A stretch of 64,000 nucleotides of DNA from Takakia lepidozioides (GCA_030704615.1 CM060733.1:13454001-13518000); one strand, 5' to 3'; counted from the stretch's first letter, positions 26,255 through 39,236 are shown. Program-made: numbers and translations. Notes: generated by a model from the letters alone, not told the origin.

Positions 26255-29200
26255 ATGGGGTCGGGCAAGCCGAAGCGAAAGCGGAACGGCCCAAAAGATG
26301 ATGATCCCGGTGAGCCCGATGGGGGCGACGTGTCACCGAGGCGGCCGTTTGAGGAAGCGATTAATGTTTCCGAAAACGAGGCCGCTCAGGAGCGGGAGGA
26401 ATCCGAGGAGTCGGAGCCCGAGGAATCTTTGAGAGCTCCGACAAACCAAGAGATGCCTCCCATGCCGGCAGCCTTTTGGGAAGGGTTGTTGGCGCAGTTT
26501 GGCGGGACGTTGAAAGACGTGTTGAAGGCGGCTAATGCCACTTCCACCAAGGCAAAGTTTAAGGTGAAGCCTAAGGAACCCGGCACCTTCGAGGGCGTTC
26601 GAAACCGGAAGGCACTCAACACCTGGCTCCTGGAGCTAGAGCAGTACTTCCGGGCGGCCAAGTTGAGTGACGAGGATCGGGTGGAAGTGGCTCCCACCTA
26701 TTTGAGGGGCTATGCTCAACAATGGTGGCAGAAACGCCTTCACGACCGAGGCCCAAGCCCGGAAACCTTGAACTGGAGTGAGTTCAAGGAATTGATGAAG
26801 AGACAGTTTGTGCCCCTCAACGCATCCTGGCTTGCCCGGGACAAGATGAGGAATTTGAAGCAAACAGATGACATTCGGGGGTATGTCCAGGCTTTCAATG
26901 TGCTGTTGCTCGAAGTCGCGGACATGGCAGAACCAGAAATGGTCTTCAACTTTGTGGCGGGACTGGCCCCATGGGCTAGGCGGAAGTTGGAGGAGAAGCC
27001 ACCCAAGACTTTGAACGAGGCAATTGAGAGAGCTGAATGTTTCTCGGATGTCCCTAGGGGTGAGAGACAAGGCCGTACGGAGCTGAACCACAAGAAGACC
27101 CGGCGGGAAGGTGACTCCTCCCGACCGGAAAAGAAGTGGGATAGGCCACGCGGCGAAAATGGCACGTGGAAATCGAAGGGAGGTCCTTCACACGTCAAGG
27201 CGGCACCCGGTGCTTCGAAAGGAAAAGCGGGTGGAGCGACTTATGGCGGACAGAAGGCGACCTTTGATGGAGTGTGTTTCAATTGCGGGGAGCCCGGGCA
27301 CATGGCCAAGAAGTGCACGAAGCCCCGGCAATTGAACATGACTCGGGCGACCACGGAGCTGTCGGAAGATACCATCAGTCGCTTGGTGGAAGCGGTGGTC
27401 GCCAGGACTTGCAAGGTAGGCAAATTTTCTTGTGAGTTGTATCAGGAAACTGGCGCCTTACGAAAAGGGAGTCAGTTATTGTTCGTGGATGGGATAATAT
27501 CCGGAACTAATGTGTCGTTGTTGGTGGACACAGGAGCGTCGCACTCCTTCATGACGCCGGCGGCGGCGCGAAAGTTGGGACTCCCGACAAGTGACGTGGG
27601 GGCCTCTATTGAGGTGCGCTCTGCCAAAGGAGAACCTCAGTTGGCGACAAGGTTGGCGTTTGATGTTCCTCTTCAACTGGGGAGTTGGGAGGGACGTGAG
27701 AACTTCACTATCTGCGAGATCGATGGAGTGGATCTCATTTTGGGAATGACCTTTTTGAGCAAATCCGGAGCGGTCATAGATGGCCGCAAGAGAGTAGTCA
27801 CGCTGCCATGTGGGAATGGTGGCGAGGTTTTACGAGTGTCGGAAACGCCCAAATCCGTGGGAGGGCGAATAAACCTTCTATCAGCAAAGGAGTGGGCCGT
27901 GGAGGAGACACACGAGTCCCAGTTTTTGCTTTACATTAGAGAAGTGAAAGGAGAAGGCGATGGGGAGCCGAGCCCAGATTGGATCAAGGGGATTTTGGAG
28001 AAATACCAGGATGTGATGCCGGAGGATTTACCAAGCGGCTTGCCACCGCGAAGAGGAGTTGACCACAAAATTGAGGTGATACCGGGATCGGAACCGCCTG
28101 CCAAGGCGCCCTACCGGTTGAGCCACAAAGAGTTGGTCGAGCTGAAGACTCAGCTCAAAGATCTAATGTCAAAGGGGTACATCCGGCCGAGTAAGTCACC
28201 TTACGGAGCCCCGGTGCTATTTGCAGACAAGAAGGATGGGACGCTGCGGATGTGTGTCGATTACAGGGCTCTGAATAAGGTGACTATCAAAAACCGGTAC
28301 CCTTTGCCAAGGATCGACGACCTCTTCGATCGGTTGGCAGGAGCGAAGTATTTCAGCCGGATCGACTTGCGCTCCGGCTATCACCAAATTCGGGTGGCGG
28401 AAGGAGATGAGGAGAAGACCGCGTGCAGGACAAGGTATGGTTCATATGAGTTCTTGGTGATGCCTTTTGGGCTCACCAATGCACCAGCGACATTTAGCAC
28501 GCTGATGAACAGCCTTTTCCAGGAGTGGTTGGATGACTTTGTGATCGTGTACATCGACGACATCTTGGTGTACTCGAAAACAAAGGAGGAGCACCTGGAG
28601 CACCTCAAAAGGGTGTTCCAAAAATTGCGAGAAGGGAAGCTGTATGCCAAAGCTTCAAAGTGCGAATTCGGGGTCACAAAAGTGGAGTTCTTGGGGCACG
28701 TGATTACACAGGATGGGATCAAAATGGATGACAGAAAGGTGAGGGCGATCTTGGACTGGGAGCCTCCGACTTCGGTCCCGGGAGTGCGATCCTTCCTAGG
28801 ACTCGCCTCCTATTACCGGAAGTATGTGAGAAATTTCGCCAAGATCGCGGGGCCGCTGTCGGACCTTCTGTGTAAATCCAAAGTCTGGGTATGGAACACA
28901 TTTTGTGGCCAAGCTTTTGCTGAATTGAAGCAGCGGATGACGGAAGCTCCAGTCTTAAAAATCCCGGAGTTCGATCGTCCGTTTGAGATTCATACAGATG
29001 CATCGGACTTCGCAATTGGGGGTGTACTTATGCAAGATGGACGTCCAGTGGCTTACGAAAGTAAGAAACTGAATGAAGTGGAGCGACGGTGGCCGACGCA
29101 CGAAAAAGAGATGAAGGCGGTGGTACATTGCCTTGAACTCTGGCGCCACTATGTTGGTTCCAACCCAGTGAAGGTGTTCACGGACAATGTCACGGTGAAG

Positions 29201-30817
29201 TATTTTGCCACGCAGCCCAAGTTGTCCCCAAAACAACTTAGGTGGCAAGATACTTTGGCAGTGTTCGACGTGGATATCCAGTACAAACCGGGACGGGACA
29301 ATGTGGTGGCCGATGCTTTAAGTAGAAAGCAGCAGCTCTTGTTGGTGTACAAGGGCGAGACGGCGCTCCAAAGGAAGATCCGGAAGGCTTGCCGGAAGGA
29401 TGAGCTGGCAAAGTGCGTGATGCAGAACTTGAGAATGGGGGTTAAATCGCAGTTCCACTTGCAAAACGGACTGCTCCGGTATAAGCAAAAACGTCTCTAT
29501 GTGCCAAAGGGAGGGATCAGGGATAGTCTCTTGAGAGAATGCCATGATAGCCCGCTTGCGGGCCACGGTGGAGCCAAGCGCACTGCGGCACTCTTGAAGA
29601 AAGAGTATTTCTGGCCCAAACTGAGGGAGGAGGCAGAGGAGTATGTTAAGACATGCACCACATGCCAACAAAACCGGAGCGAGTATAAAAAGCAAGCGGG
29701 GCTGTTACAACCCTTGCCGATTCCAGAGGGGACTTGGGAAAGCGTCTCGATGGATTTCATGACTGCTATGCCGCTGTCAAAAGGATTCGATGCAATCATG
29801 GTGGTGGTAGATAGGTTCAGTAAAATGGCCCATTTCATCCCCACCAAGGAGACGGCAACTGCGCAGGAGACAGGGCGACTTTACTTCGCCCACGTCTTAA
29901 AGCATCATGGAGTCCCGAAGGATATTGTCTCGGACCGCGATCCAAAGTTTACGAGTAAATTCTGGAGAGCACTTTGGAAGAAGATGGGGACGAGGCTGAA
30001 GATGAGCACCGCCTTCCGACCTACGACGGACGGCCAAACGGAAAGAGTGAATTCCGTAGTGAAGCAATTCTTGCGGAATTACGTGTCGGCAGACCAATCA
30101 GACTGGATGGAACACTTAGACGCGGCAGAGTTCTGTTATAATAACACAGAACACTCCGCGACGGGAGTTTCCCCTTTTGTGTTGGTCTATGGAAAAGCAC
30201 CTCTGGTGCCGACAAGTTGGGCCGCCCAGGACGTTGAGGAACCGGCAGTAGCGGCGGTACTGGAAGAACGCGAGCGTTTGTTGAAGCTCGCAAAGTACAA
30301 CATTGCCAAAGCTAGGAAACGGTATGAAAGGCAGGCGAATCGGAAGCGGAGGGAAGTGAAGTTTGAGGCAGGCACAGAGGTCTGGTTGAACATCAAGAAT
30401 TTTCGACTACCTCCGGAAATGAGTCCGAAGTTCGTACCTCCGTATGCGGGTCCCTTTCGCATTCGGAGGGTTATGAATGAGGATGTGTATGAATTGGAGC
30501 TGCCAGCAAACAGCAAGGTGCACCCAGTATTCCATGTCTCCCTTTTGAAGCCTTACTTCAAAGATGAAGCACGTCCGAATCGGCAGCAAGTGTTGCGTCC
30601 GCCACCTATGCTGTTGGATCATGAAAATGAACCCGAGTACGAGGTGGAGGCAATACTTAAGTCGAGGAGGTTCAAGAACCGAGAAACGGAGTATCTCGTC
30701 AAATGGAAGGGCTATCATCTTGTGGAGGCATCTTGGGTGCGTGCCTCAGAAATGGGAAACGCATCCGAGGCAGTTGCAGCGTTCGAAGGGCGACCTCAAA
30801 AGCGGAAGAAGCGTTGA
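26255..30817 (+). CDS. Single-frame Gag-Pol polyprotein (~1520 aa) with C-terminal chromodomain
   Basis: First ATG at 26255. Motifs: [14 protein letters not shown] knuckle, LLVDTGAS protease, [20 protein letters not shown] RNase H, H..H..C..C plus SMDF/SDRD integrase, and [18 protein letters not shown] chromodomain. Confidence 0.96.
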   Translation: MGSGKPKRKRNGPKDDDPGEPDGGDVSPRRPFEEAINVSENEAAQEREESEESEPEESLRAPTNQEMPPMPAAFWEGLLAQFGGTLKDVLKAANATSTKAKFKVKPKEPGTFEGVRNRKALNTWLLELEQYFRAAKLSDEDRVEVAPTYLRGYAQQWWQKRLHDRGPSPETLNWSEFKELMKRQFVPLNASWLARDKMRNLKQTDDIRGYVQAFNVLLLEVADMAEPEMVFNFVAGLAPWARRKLEEKPPKTLNEAIERAECFSDVPRGERQGRTELNHKKTRREGDSSRPEKKWDRPRGENGTWKSKGGPSHVKAAPGASKGKAGGATYGGQKATFDGVCFNCGEPGHMAKKCTKPRQLNMTRATTELSEDTISRLVEAVVARTCKVGKFSCELYQETGALRKGSQLLFVDGIISGTNVSLLVDTGASHSFMTPAAARKLGLPTSDVGASIEVRSAKGEPQLATRLAFDVPLQLGSWEGRENFTICEIDGVDLILGMTFLSKSGAVIDGRKRVVTLPCGNGGEVLRVSETPKSVGGRINLLSAKEWAVEETHESQFLLYIREVKGEGDGEPSPDWIKGILEKYQDVMPEDLPSGLPPRRGVDHKIEVIPGSEPPAKAPYRLSHKELVELKTQLKDLMSKGYIRPSKSPYGAPVLFADKKDGTLRMCVDYRALNKVTIKNRYPLPRIDDLFDRLAGAKYFSRIDLRSGYHQIRVAEGDEEKTACRTRYGSYEFLVMPFGLTNAPATFSTLMNSLFQEWLDDFVIVYIDDILVYSKTKEEHLEHLKRVFQKLREGKLYAKASKCEFGVTKVEFLGHVITQDGIKMDDRKVRAILDWEPPTSVPGVRSFLGLASYYRKYVRNFAKIAGPLSDLLCKSKVWVWNTFCGQAFAELKQRMTEAPVLKIPEFDRPFEIHTDASDFAIGGVLMQDGRPVAYESKKLNEVERRWPTHEKEMKAVVHCLELWRHYVGSNPVKVFTDNVTVKYFATQPKLSPKQLRWQDTLAVFDVDIQYKPGRDNVVADALSRKQQLLLVYKGETALQRKIRKACRKDELAKCVMQNLRMGVKSQFHLQNGLLRYKQKRLYVPKGGIRDSLLRECHDSPLAGHGGAKRTAALLKKEYFWPKLREEAEEYVKTCTTCQQNRSEYKKQAGLLQPLPIPEGTWESVSMDFMTAMPLSKGFDAIMVVVDRFSKMAHFIPTKETATAQETGRLYFAHVLKHHGVPKDIVSDRDPKFTSKFWRALWKKMGTRLKMSTAFRPTTDGQTERVNSVVKQFLRNYVSADQSDWMEHLDAAEFCYNNTEHSATGVSPFVLVYGKAPLVPTSWAAQDVEEPAVAAVLEERERLLKLAKYNIAKARKRYERQANRKRREVKFEAGTEVWLNIKNFRLPPEMSPKFVPPYAGPFRIRRVMNEDVYELELPANSKVHPVFHVSLLKPYFKDEARPNRQQVLRPPPMLLDHENEPEYEVEAILKSRRFKNRETEYLVKWKGYHLVEASWVRASEMGNASEAVAAFEGRPQKRKKR

Positions 30818-31725
30818 TGGGGACATCAACCTTGGAGCGTGGGGGAGGAAATGCATGCTTAGCCCGGTTTAGCTAGCTCAGGAATCCGATTGCAAAAACT
30901 TGTATTGTACAAAAAAAATTGTGATAAAGGAAATGGGTTCCAAATATTGTGCGTCCTATTGTGTTTGGAATGGTGATGCATGGTGTGGTTGGCTGGTGTG
31001 TAGAATGCATGCTAGCTTACAAAAGTGGGAGAGGTAAATTGGGTTAATCGTGTGTTTGCGCAGTGCCGAAATCGGGTGACTCCCATCCAAGGGGCAAGGA
31101 AACTTGCGCCTTATTTGGGAGTTCAAGTGCTAGTGCGCACCTGGCGCGTGCGCGTACTATAACTGCGCTACCGAGGGGGTTGCCTTGTAGTGCGGGCTAA
31201 CGCGGAAGCTACGTGCTTCCGTTCACGTACTATAATCGTGTAGCCTCGGGACGAAGTCGTAGTGCGGCTTCGGCGTGTTCCCGTACCTCAGGCCAGCATT
31301 CCAAGGCGGACCCAATTGTAGTGATTGGGGCGCACGGTTGGTTCAAGGTTATCTTCCTAGTCAAAGAGGGTTCCAGGTGAACCCTTGCTCAAGGTGATGC
31401 CAAAAGCGGCATCATGAGCGATCGCAAGCAATGTTGTTGCAGTAAGGCGATTCGATCCTCGGGGAGGATCGTTCCTTGGCCTTGAAGTAGGCCAAGAAGA
31501 GTGCACTGGGAGGAGCTGGAGAGGCTCCACCCTTGGCCGGGACTTGGAGGAAGTCGGCCGAACTAGCTAGTGGAGAGTGGAGTCAAGTGTGGGGTTTGGT
31601 TCTTTGCCATGGGACGCCATGGTACGGAAACAAACTCCTTGATGTGGGACGCCACAACTTGGATGTTCGTTTCTACAAAATGGACAAGTCGATGAGGACA
31701 TCGACTCCCTGTTGGTAGGGGTGTG

Positions 31726-32447
31726 TGTCGCGGCCCTTTGCCTTGAGGGCAGGGGGTCGGGACACATGAGGGGCTGCCCCTGTGGTGGGGGCAGCGGCAG
31801 CGATAGGTATGGGGGCTGAAGCACCCTTGAGTGCCCAAGGCACTCAAGGAGGCGGAGGCGCTCACTAGTGGAGCCCCGCACACCGGGTTGCGGTGGAGGT
31901 GGCTCCACAAGGGGTGGTGGTAGCTTAGTGGGACTTAGTGGGGGTGGCATAGGACTCACCATGGGGTGGAGACCTCGAGGTGGGAGTCGTGGGGAGTCTT
32001 GGGACTCATCACGGTCCATTGGGGCCGCGGTGAGTGGGCCAAGACTCACCGCGACTCACCACCGGGAGTCGAGGGTTTTCGTGGTGGTTCGCCATAAAAT
32101 GGCATGGCTGGTTATGAAACCCCCGCGGACAGCTACAGAAGTATATATAGGGAGTAGTAACCCCGAGAACGGTGCAAGCCCGTTGGTGACCAAAAACTAG
32201 TGAGTAAGCGAGCGAGCCGGAAAGCGACCAAAGAGTGGGGAGCTGTTCCAGACTGCCAACTACCAAAGGGAATTCTCCTAGTCCCAAATAGGTGGAGGGT
32301 TTAGAGGGAAGCGGAAGGGGACCGTTATGTCTCGGTGAGCAGCCGAAACTCCAAGTTGGCCCGGCGGCCAGGTTGGGAATCAGGCGCGCGCATCAAAGCG
32401 AGTATCTATGACTTGAAGGGGAGTTTACCGAACTGAGGTGTGCGACA
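31726..32447 (+). repeat. 3' LTR of element B
   Basis: TGTCGCGGCC...TGTGCGACA. Confidence 0.95.
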
Positions 32448-34022
32448 CTTAGTGGGGGTGACATATGACTCACCATGGGGCGGAGACCTTGTGGTGGGAG
32501 TCGTGGGGAGTCTTGGGACTCATCACGGTCTAATGGGGCCGTGGTGGGTAGGCCAAGACTCACCGCGACTCATCACCGGGAGTCGAGGGTCTTCGTGGTG
32601 GTTCGCCATAAAATGTGAAACCCCCGCGGACAGTCACAGAAGTATATATAGGGAATAGTAACCGCGAGAACGGTGCAAGCCCGTTGGTGACCAAAAACTA
32701 GTGAGTAAGTGAGCGAGCCGGAAAGCGACCAAGAAGTGGGGAGCTATTCCGGACTGCCATCTACCAAAGGGAATTTCCACTAGGCCCAAATTGGTGGAGG
32801 GTCTTTTGGAAGAGTAAAGGGGGATCGTTATATCCCGGTGAGCAGCCGAAGCTCCGAGTTGGCCCGGCGGCCAGGTTTGGAGTTAGGCGCGCGCATCAAA
32901 GCGAGTAACTATGACTTTAAGGGGAACTTACCAAAGTGAGGTGCGCGACAGAGCGAGCATCCCATATGCTATGAGCTGATCATAATTTCAAGAAATGGAT
33001 GTGTCAATTCAGAAAACAGCTCGGTGCCATAACTTCCTAGTTTTCCAAATCCATTTTCGTCTTTGCGGTATTCTTCTAGCCATTGACCCCTCTCTCCTAC
33101 CGTTGTTTTTCGAGCTCTGTTGGGGTTGGGGACAAAGGAAGAGGTAAGTCATGGAGCTTGTCTCGGGTGAAAATCCAGGGGCCAGGATTTTTCTCATGGT
33201 AAGGATCATCCGTGGATTCATGACACCTGTCCAGGTTCGAAAGTCTAGGAAAGAGCACAGGGCCAAGATTTTACAGATGGAGTACATGCAAGACAACATG
33301 GTTCACATATGAGTGCAAAGTTTACTTATGACCTGGCACACTCACCCAGGCTGTAGAGATAAACACAGAGTAAAATAAGGGTCAACTTTCGTGTGTCCCG
33401 GGCAACACAAGACAAAAATGGCGGGCCCTTTAGGCTATTATGTAGGCCAAGGAGAGCAATACTGTACATGGAAGTTTGGTGGCAGATTTTGACTAAGTTC
33501 ATTGCCGGCAATTGACTTTTACCTGCTGTACTCTTTCCCTCACCTCAATCCGCCACCCGCAGGGACCCACGTAGCATCCCCTCCTCACGCTAGGACCCAC
33601 CGTGTGGACCGGTGACCCACTCAACGGGTAGACAGCGAGGCAAACCTACTCCCACCTGTTTTGAACCCTACGTCACATACAAGTGACAGTTCACCATATT
33701 TTACGACGATGATGCACCAACGTCAGTCAAGATTGGTGCCCTGTAGGTGCCAGAAAAATCAATGAATGCGCCAGGTCCAGGGACTTGCATACCCAGTGTA
33801 AGGCATGGACAGAAATTTTATTAGTTGACATCATCATTCTTCGCTGACGCGTCATCATTCAAGTGCCCCATCCTGTTGGGGGATGGTCACACAAAGCGTA
33901 ACGCCCTGGACAGCCTGTGGCGGAATGTTCACAGAAAGCGTAACGCCCTATCGGCACTTGCCTCAAATCTTCACCTGTATAAGCATACGTCCAAGTACAC
34001 TAAAAAATTTCTGGTAGTGCTT

Positions 34023-34067
34023 TTAGATGACACTGGACAATCGGGCCAACGGCACAGGCTACCCTAG
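34023..34067 (+). mobile_element. Helitron-like 3' terminus (5' end not located)
   Basis: GGGCCAACGGCACAGGCTACCCTAG|T, an imperfect hairpin plus CTAG before T. The same terminus occurs at 42379 (-) and 55680 (+). Confidence 0.55.
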
Positions 34068-35382
34068 TGGAACCGAAGTATAAGCCCAGCGAATTTACAG
34101 ATCCTGCTGCTCTATGCAGAGGGCCAACGGACGGTTTTGAAGGCACCTGTTGAAATTGCAACACCCACTGAAGCATCATCCAAATGGAAAGTACAATGTT
34201 AGAAGAATGTCCTTGAATGACTATTGAATCCTTCAACAATGTCCCTAGAGGCATTCGATGTACACCTCTGCAAACAAAAAGCCCCGTCTTTAGTCTTTAC
34301 TGAACTAGGCAAGCCTAGTGATAACAAAGACAACTTACAATGCAATTTTGCCAATGATTCTCTTATTTCATAATCTCAGATCCATGCATTGATGCGGTGA
34401 CCCCAACCATACAGTTACTGTTGATCATACCTTATTTCCCACTGAGATTCGTTCTACGGCCATGTCTAGGCCTCCGTGTCATTGCCCCACGTAAATGGAC
34501 TCGAGGTATTTATAAGCTTCGGCTCCAGAATACGATATGTGACTGTATGGAATAAGCACATGAGAGGAGGGTCTTAGGAGCGGGACTCGGGAGGTGTGAG
34601 CGCCACCCACCTTCCCAGTGTGGGAGGGGATTTAAGTGGCGGTCTGCCGGCGGCTTCCGGAGCTCTGCGTCACACACTTGCCTGGGTAAGCATAGTCCTC
34701 ACCTAATTTTGCTAACAAAACAGTGAAAAGTGCAGCCAAACTCTCTAGCATAAAACCCAATATCAGATCAGATTATCATGGTGTATGTACGTATGTACCT
34801 ACATACCTTGTGTAGATTGTTGTGGGGCATTGACCTTTCATTTAGACTATTGCTTCGCATGTCACCATTGAGTCTTTCTACAGAAACACGAGAACGACAT
34901 TAAAAAGTCACACAGGTTAATTCATACTGAAGACTCGTGGCAGGGAGTTTCTACCAGTGTTGGTCTGCATATAAGCAAAAGACTAGTATAAACATAGGTA
35001 TATACACTAGTACGTAAACATCAGACAAATCAGACAATCTGCTGGACACTTGATAATTGATAAATTTTAATTACAAATGCACTTGACTGACACCAGTAAT
35101 GACTGATACCTAAGACCAACAGGTATTGCGATCATGATATTTACTACTCGTGCTAGTATCGAGATAAAAATACATCTGCCATTATACAATACCAGACTGG
35201 TATGAACGTTTTGTGAGACCTTTGGTACTCATACCAGTCTCTGTCCTAACGTGATACCAGACCAACACTGGTTTTACAAGCTCCTGGAAGCCAAATTTGT
35301 TGTGGGAGAGAAGAGCTATCAATGCAAGGCTTGAACAGTTTGTAACTTCATTTCTTCACTATTAATTCCTTACGCACAGGTT

Positions 35383-36294
35383 TCAGAACCAATCGTCAAA
35401 CGGAGGTGGAGGACGCTCTCGCTTGCGGTCGTCGTCATAGTGCTGACTAAAACCCTGTGCACGTCCATAGACAGGATCGGAGAACACATCAGAGTAGGCT
35501 TGGCTAGCCGCATCAGAGGTGATAAATACAGGCACCTCGTCATCCTTCATTTTCCCTTCATACAATTGCTCCTGCTGCCCTGCATACCCCTGTCCATCGC
35601 GGTATCCTTCCTCGGAGACGGGCCACTTGGTCCTCCCTCCACCGTACGCAGGTCCCTCCTGGGTACTCTTCTCATTAATCCCTCCATAACTCGGCCTACC
35701 GATCGGTTGAGGCCGGCCATATCCAGCCCAATCCCGGTCCTCCCCATAACCACCTCCATAAGCAGGTCTCGCAGGCCTGCCATAGTTGTTCAACACCCCC
35801 TCGCCATATCGTGTCCATGGAGCCGGAGCCCCACCATATACAGTGTCACCGTAAGTATACTTCGGCTTGCCATACCAAGTCTGGGCAGGCCGGCCATAGC
35901 TGCTGTCACCGTAAGTAAACTCCGGCTCGCCAGGCCTTCTGCCCTCATCATAATTACCCCCAGAGCTGTCACGATCACTACCAGACTCGGACCTGCCAGA
36001 CCCTGCCTCCACAGGCCCTCCACCCCCCTGCTCAACCAGCCGTGCGCTCCCATTCAAATTGGAATCATGTTCATCAGGCTTAGCTTGCCCATTTCCAGAT
36101 TCACGGGAAGAAACTCCCCCTCCATACGGTCGAGGCTCATCGCCATATGAATGGGAATTGTAATTGTTTCCAGAAGTGTGCAGAGCGGGTGGATAGCTGT
36201 TCTTGTCTGAAGCGGGGACCAGAGCGCCATAGACAGCTGCTATGTCGTAGCCCCCCTCATAGCGGGCTGGGTCGCCTGCCTCAAACTCCCCCAT
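35383..36294 (-). CDS. At5g39570/PLDrp1-like Gly/Tyr/Arg-rich disordered protein (~303 aa)
   Basis: The N-terminal EFEAGDPARYEGGYDIAAVYGALVPASDKNSYP matches the recalled family motif (FDEFDPTPYSGGYDITVIYGRPIPPSDETCYP) and is followed by YGRP/YGG repeats. The ORF is open; an upstream exon cannot be excluded. Confidence 0.78.
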   Translation of the reverse strand: MGEFEAGDPARYEGGYDIAAVYGALVPASDKNSYPPALHTSGNNYNSHSYGDEPRPYGGGVSSRESGNGQAKPDEHDSNLNGSARLVEQGGGGPVEAGSGRSESGSDRDSSGGNYDEGRRPGEPEFTYGDSSYGRPAQTWYGKPKYTYGDTVYGGAPAPWTRYGEGVLNNYGRPARPAYGGGYGEDRDWAGYGRPQPIGRPSYGGINEKSTQEGPAYGGGRTKWPVSEEGYRDGQGYAGQQEQLYEGKMKDDEVPVFITSDAASQAYSDVFSDPVYGRAQGFSQHYDDDRKRERPPPPFDDWF

Positions 36295-37248
36295 ACTGTG
36301 CTCAACGCACACATAGAGACATGAAAGGACTGAAGCCTAGTAGGCACAGGTCGGGCGCAGACAAGGCTAGCAAAACTTTCTGTTTTGTGACAATTTGTAA
36401 TTGGCAGGAAAGGGGTGCATCTCGGAGTCCTGTATTTAGTAAGAGCGGTTGAAGCCAACGGTAGCGGGTCGGGATCCCTCACCATTATTGTATAGGTGGC
36501 AACGATAAGCTAGAAGCTCACTTACAGTAAGGTAGCGGCATCTAAAAGTGTGCTTTTAAGCAGTGTGCAATGCTCAAATGGTGCGGTGTCCACAAAAATT
36601 ACATGAGTTGAATAGCAAATGAAGCAACAATCTGTTGTGTAAAGCACATAATTTTCCAATCATTAATGTATTATATATGAATTATCAAAGTCAAAGTACA
36701 TATTATCCCACTTCTGCTGAGTAGGTCCCTCATGTAATGCCATACATTGTTCCTTGACATGCGCTTAAAGGTGTCATGAAATCACAAGGTGTGCACCTAC
36801 ACCTTTCTCAAAAAATTACCAAAACCAAGCCATGTGTGGGCCCAGATGTACCCACCTCCCAACAAGGAAATCCGTGCATCTACCTATGGAAGGACCCATA
36901 ACTTACCTTGCATGAATCACAACTTGTGCAAAATTTGACCATTCAGGTATCAAATAGAACCCCTAAATCTGCCTTGAGATGACCTACAAATCCTCAGACA
37001 TGGCCATCTCAGTTATGCATGCTCTCACTGCCTTCCGTCAATCACACCCCTATGTGGTGTCAAGTGTGGGACCCCATGTAACTGATGCCCGTGTGCCCCG
37101 CTAGAAGCCACGGTGACGAATTGGTTGGTGTCTTCACCATTTTTCTTTGCTCGACGTCGCCGGATTGCCATGGCTTGGTTATACCTGCATATGTTCGGAA
37201 TCGATCCACAGAACGGGGCATGGTGCCTGATGGGCCCTCCCGACTTCA

Positions 37249-39204
37249 TCAGTGCCTGCAAGCGATCGCCATACTCCCCCAATGCCTTGTTTGTCCATTG
37301 TGCGTCATATGCTTTCTTTGCTGCCGCTTCTTCTTTTCTGATCGAGTCGCCTCTTGCTTGGCTAATTTTTCTGCTACCTTCTTTTCCCGTGCAATGCGTT
37401 GGTCCTCTTGTTTCTTCTCTTTGGCTGCAATTGCTTCCGCCTTGAGTCGTGTTTTCTGCTCAAGGGAGTTGACGTAGTCGTCGCTGGTCATAATTATGGA
37501 TTTGGAGTAATCGATTAACACTTGCCCATCTTGAGTCGTTCGTCTTCTAGTGGGTGTAGGAGCCTCCGGAAGGGTGAGAAACCTGGCTATACTAGTGGGA
37601 CCCGTGAATGCGAGCATCGAGAGCTCCCGGTCTCGGGCAAGTGGTTGGGATTCCTGGCTGCTCTCATCATTAGGGGCCTGATCTGTGGGCCCGTCATCAT
37701 CCTCCATATGCACATAGTAGTGCATACATTCCTCTTGGGTTTCGGGAACCATGTTGCCTATTACCTCTTCAATGGCTGGATCTGGTTGCTTGTCCTCATG
37801 TGATTGATTGTCTTCGCTGTGTGATCTTGATCTTCTGCAGGTGGATCTTGTGCAAAAGTAGATGATGGCCCCATCTTGTTTGCCATCGCAGTAGGCTGTA
37901 GAGGCCAGATCCCGGTGGTGGAGAATCCTTTTTTAATTTTGACTTCTGACAGTGCCTTCCTCAATCCCAAAGAAACCCATTGCGCCAGATTCTCTTTCTT
38001 TGCTGGCTTCCCTTTGTTTGCTATACTCCATATATCCCTGTAGTTTCGAAATGCAGTCTTGAAGGGCTTGAATACGGAGACATCCAGAGGTTGCAGTGCG
38101 TGCGATGTATGGGATGGCAACGTGATCAGATCGAGTCCAACTGACCTAGCTTGGTGGACAACATTGATTGTGACATGGTTGTTATGGGCATCAAGGATCA
38201 GCAGATATCTCCTCTCCTCTATAATCTCGTTCCCCATGCCTCTAACTGATGCAAGAAAATGTGAGATCCATTTAGAGAATATGATCCCTGTCATCCATGC
38301 TTTTGGTTGCATTGCCATTGTGGCCCCGTCTCACATCTCTCAATGTAGTTACGACGAAAGCGTTTGTCTTTGAAAATGTAAAAATTAGGAATTGAACTAC
38401 CTGCTGCATTAATGCAGGTCAATACGGAGAGTCACTCCCTCTCATCTGGACAAATGGAGTGCACCGTGCGAGATCCAGTCTTGGCCAGCACTCTGGCCCC
38501 GCCATTTCTTCCTGTCTACGCCCCCGACTCGTCACAGTTCCAAATCCGCTCTTGGTCATAGTTGTTTTTGTTGTATAGATCGCCTAGGTTAGCATAGAAG
38601 CTGTCAACGTTCTCTTGGCAGAGGCCCTTGGCCCTTCCCTGCTCCAGACCTTGAGCAACTCGTAGGCTTAGATGAGGGTGTCTCTTCCTAAACCAGCGTA
38701 GCCATCCCAAACCAGGTATTCCATTGACGAACGGTGTAATCCTTAGCTGACAGATCTCACCCATCTTCAATCTGATCTGAGTTAGTGTCAATGGATGCCC
38801 TACGTCCTGCATTCTCTCAATGTATGCTACCAACAATCGTTCTTCTTCATCAGTCATAACCCCATGTTTGCCACGACGTCTGCTACGAATGGTTCCATAC
38901 ATGTGGGCCCGTAGAGTAGCTGCAAGTATGGTGAATTGCCTTGCAGCACTCCGGATTGACGACCCAGCCTCGAATTGCTGCACTCACTCCAATTGCCATT
39001 TTGGCGGGGCCGAGCACCTGATCTGGTACGTGAGTTGATCCCTTCCCCGGCTGCATATAATTGGGGCCCTCCATAATTCCTTGTAGGTGTTTGCTGGGAT
39101 GCTCGTCTCGAGACTGGAGTTACATCGATTGGTGGTGGGGACTCCCTAGCAGGTGCCTGATCTGGAACTACAGCCGGTCCTCCGACTCCAGCTGCATAAT
39201 GCAC
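37249..39204 (-). pseudogene. pogo-type transposase (HTH_psq/CENP-B-like HTH plus DDE_1, DD35D), disrupted
   Basis: SIRSAARQF, GLGWLRWFRKRHPHLSLR, IWNCDESG and LILDAH-x-LPSHTSHALQPLD (35 residues between the last two Asp). Stops at ~38516, ~38432 and ~37761, and frameshifts near 38985 and 38335. Confidence 0.88.
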
Positions 39205-39236
39205 TTCCGTCCACTCCTCGGCCGGGTCTTGTGCCC

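Larger units (their letters stand above)
25476..32447 (+). mobile_element. Intact Ty3/gypsy chromovirus B (same family as A), inserted in the 3' LTR of A
   Basis: TSD CTTAG (25471-25475, 32448-32452). LTRs at 25476-26199 and 31726-32447 differ by ~7 substitutions and 2 single-base indels. PBS at 26202-26213, short purine tract at ~31714-31721, uninterrupted gag-pol. Confidence 0.96.
14018..32950 (+). mobile_element. Ty3/gypsy chromovirus LTR retrotransposon A (Galadriel-like, degenerate), host of nested elements B and C
   Basis: TG...CA ends and TSD GAGCG (14013-14017, 32951-32955). The 5' LTR is 14018-14729. The 3' LTR is split into 25261-25475 and 32453-32950. It has a tRNA-Met PBS and gag/RT/RH/IN/chromodomain remnants with stops and deletions. 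The clade call is by recalled motif similarity. Confidence 0.93.

Noticed and set aside
33000-33250. Decayed exon-like stretch (GPWIFTRDKLHDLPLPLSPT on the minus strand)
   Set aside because: Short, with several stops, and I cannot assign a family.
35440-36150. 236-aa + strand ORF
   Set aside because: Antisense shadow of the low-complexity PLDrp1-like gene; no recognisable motifs.
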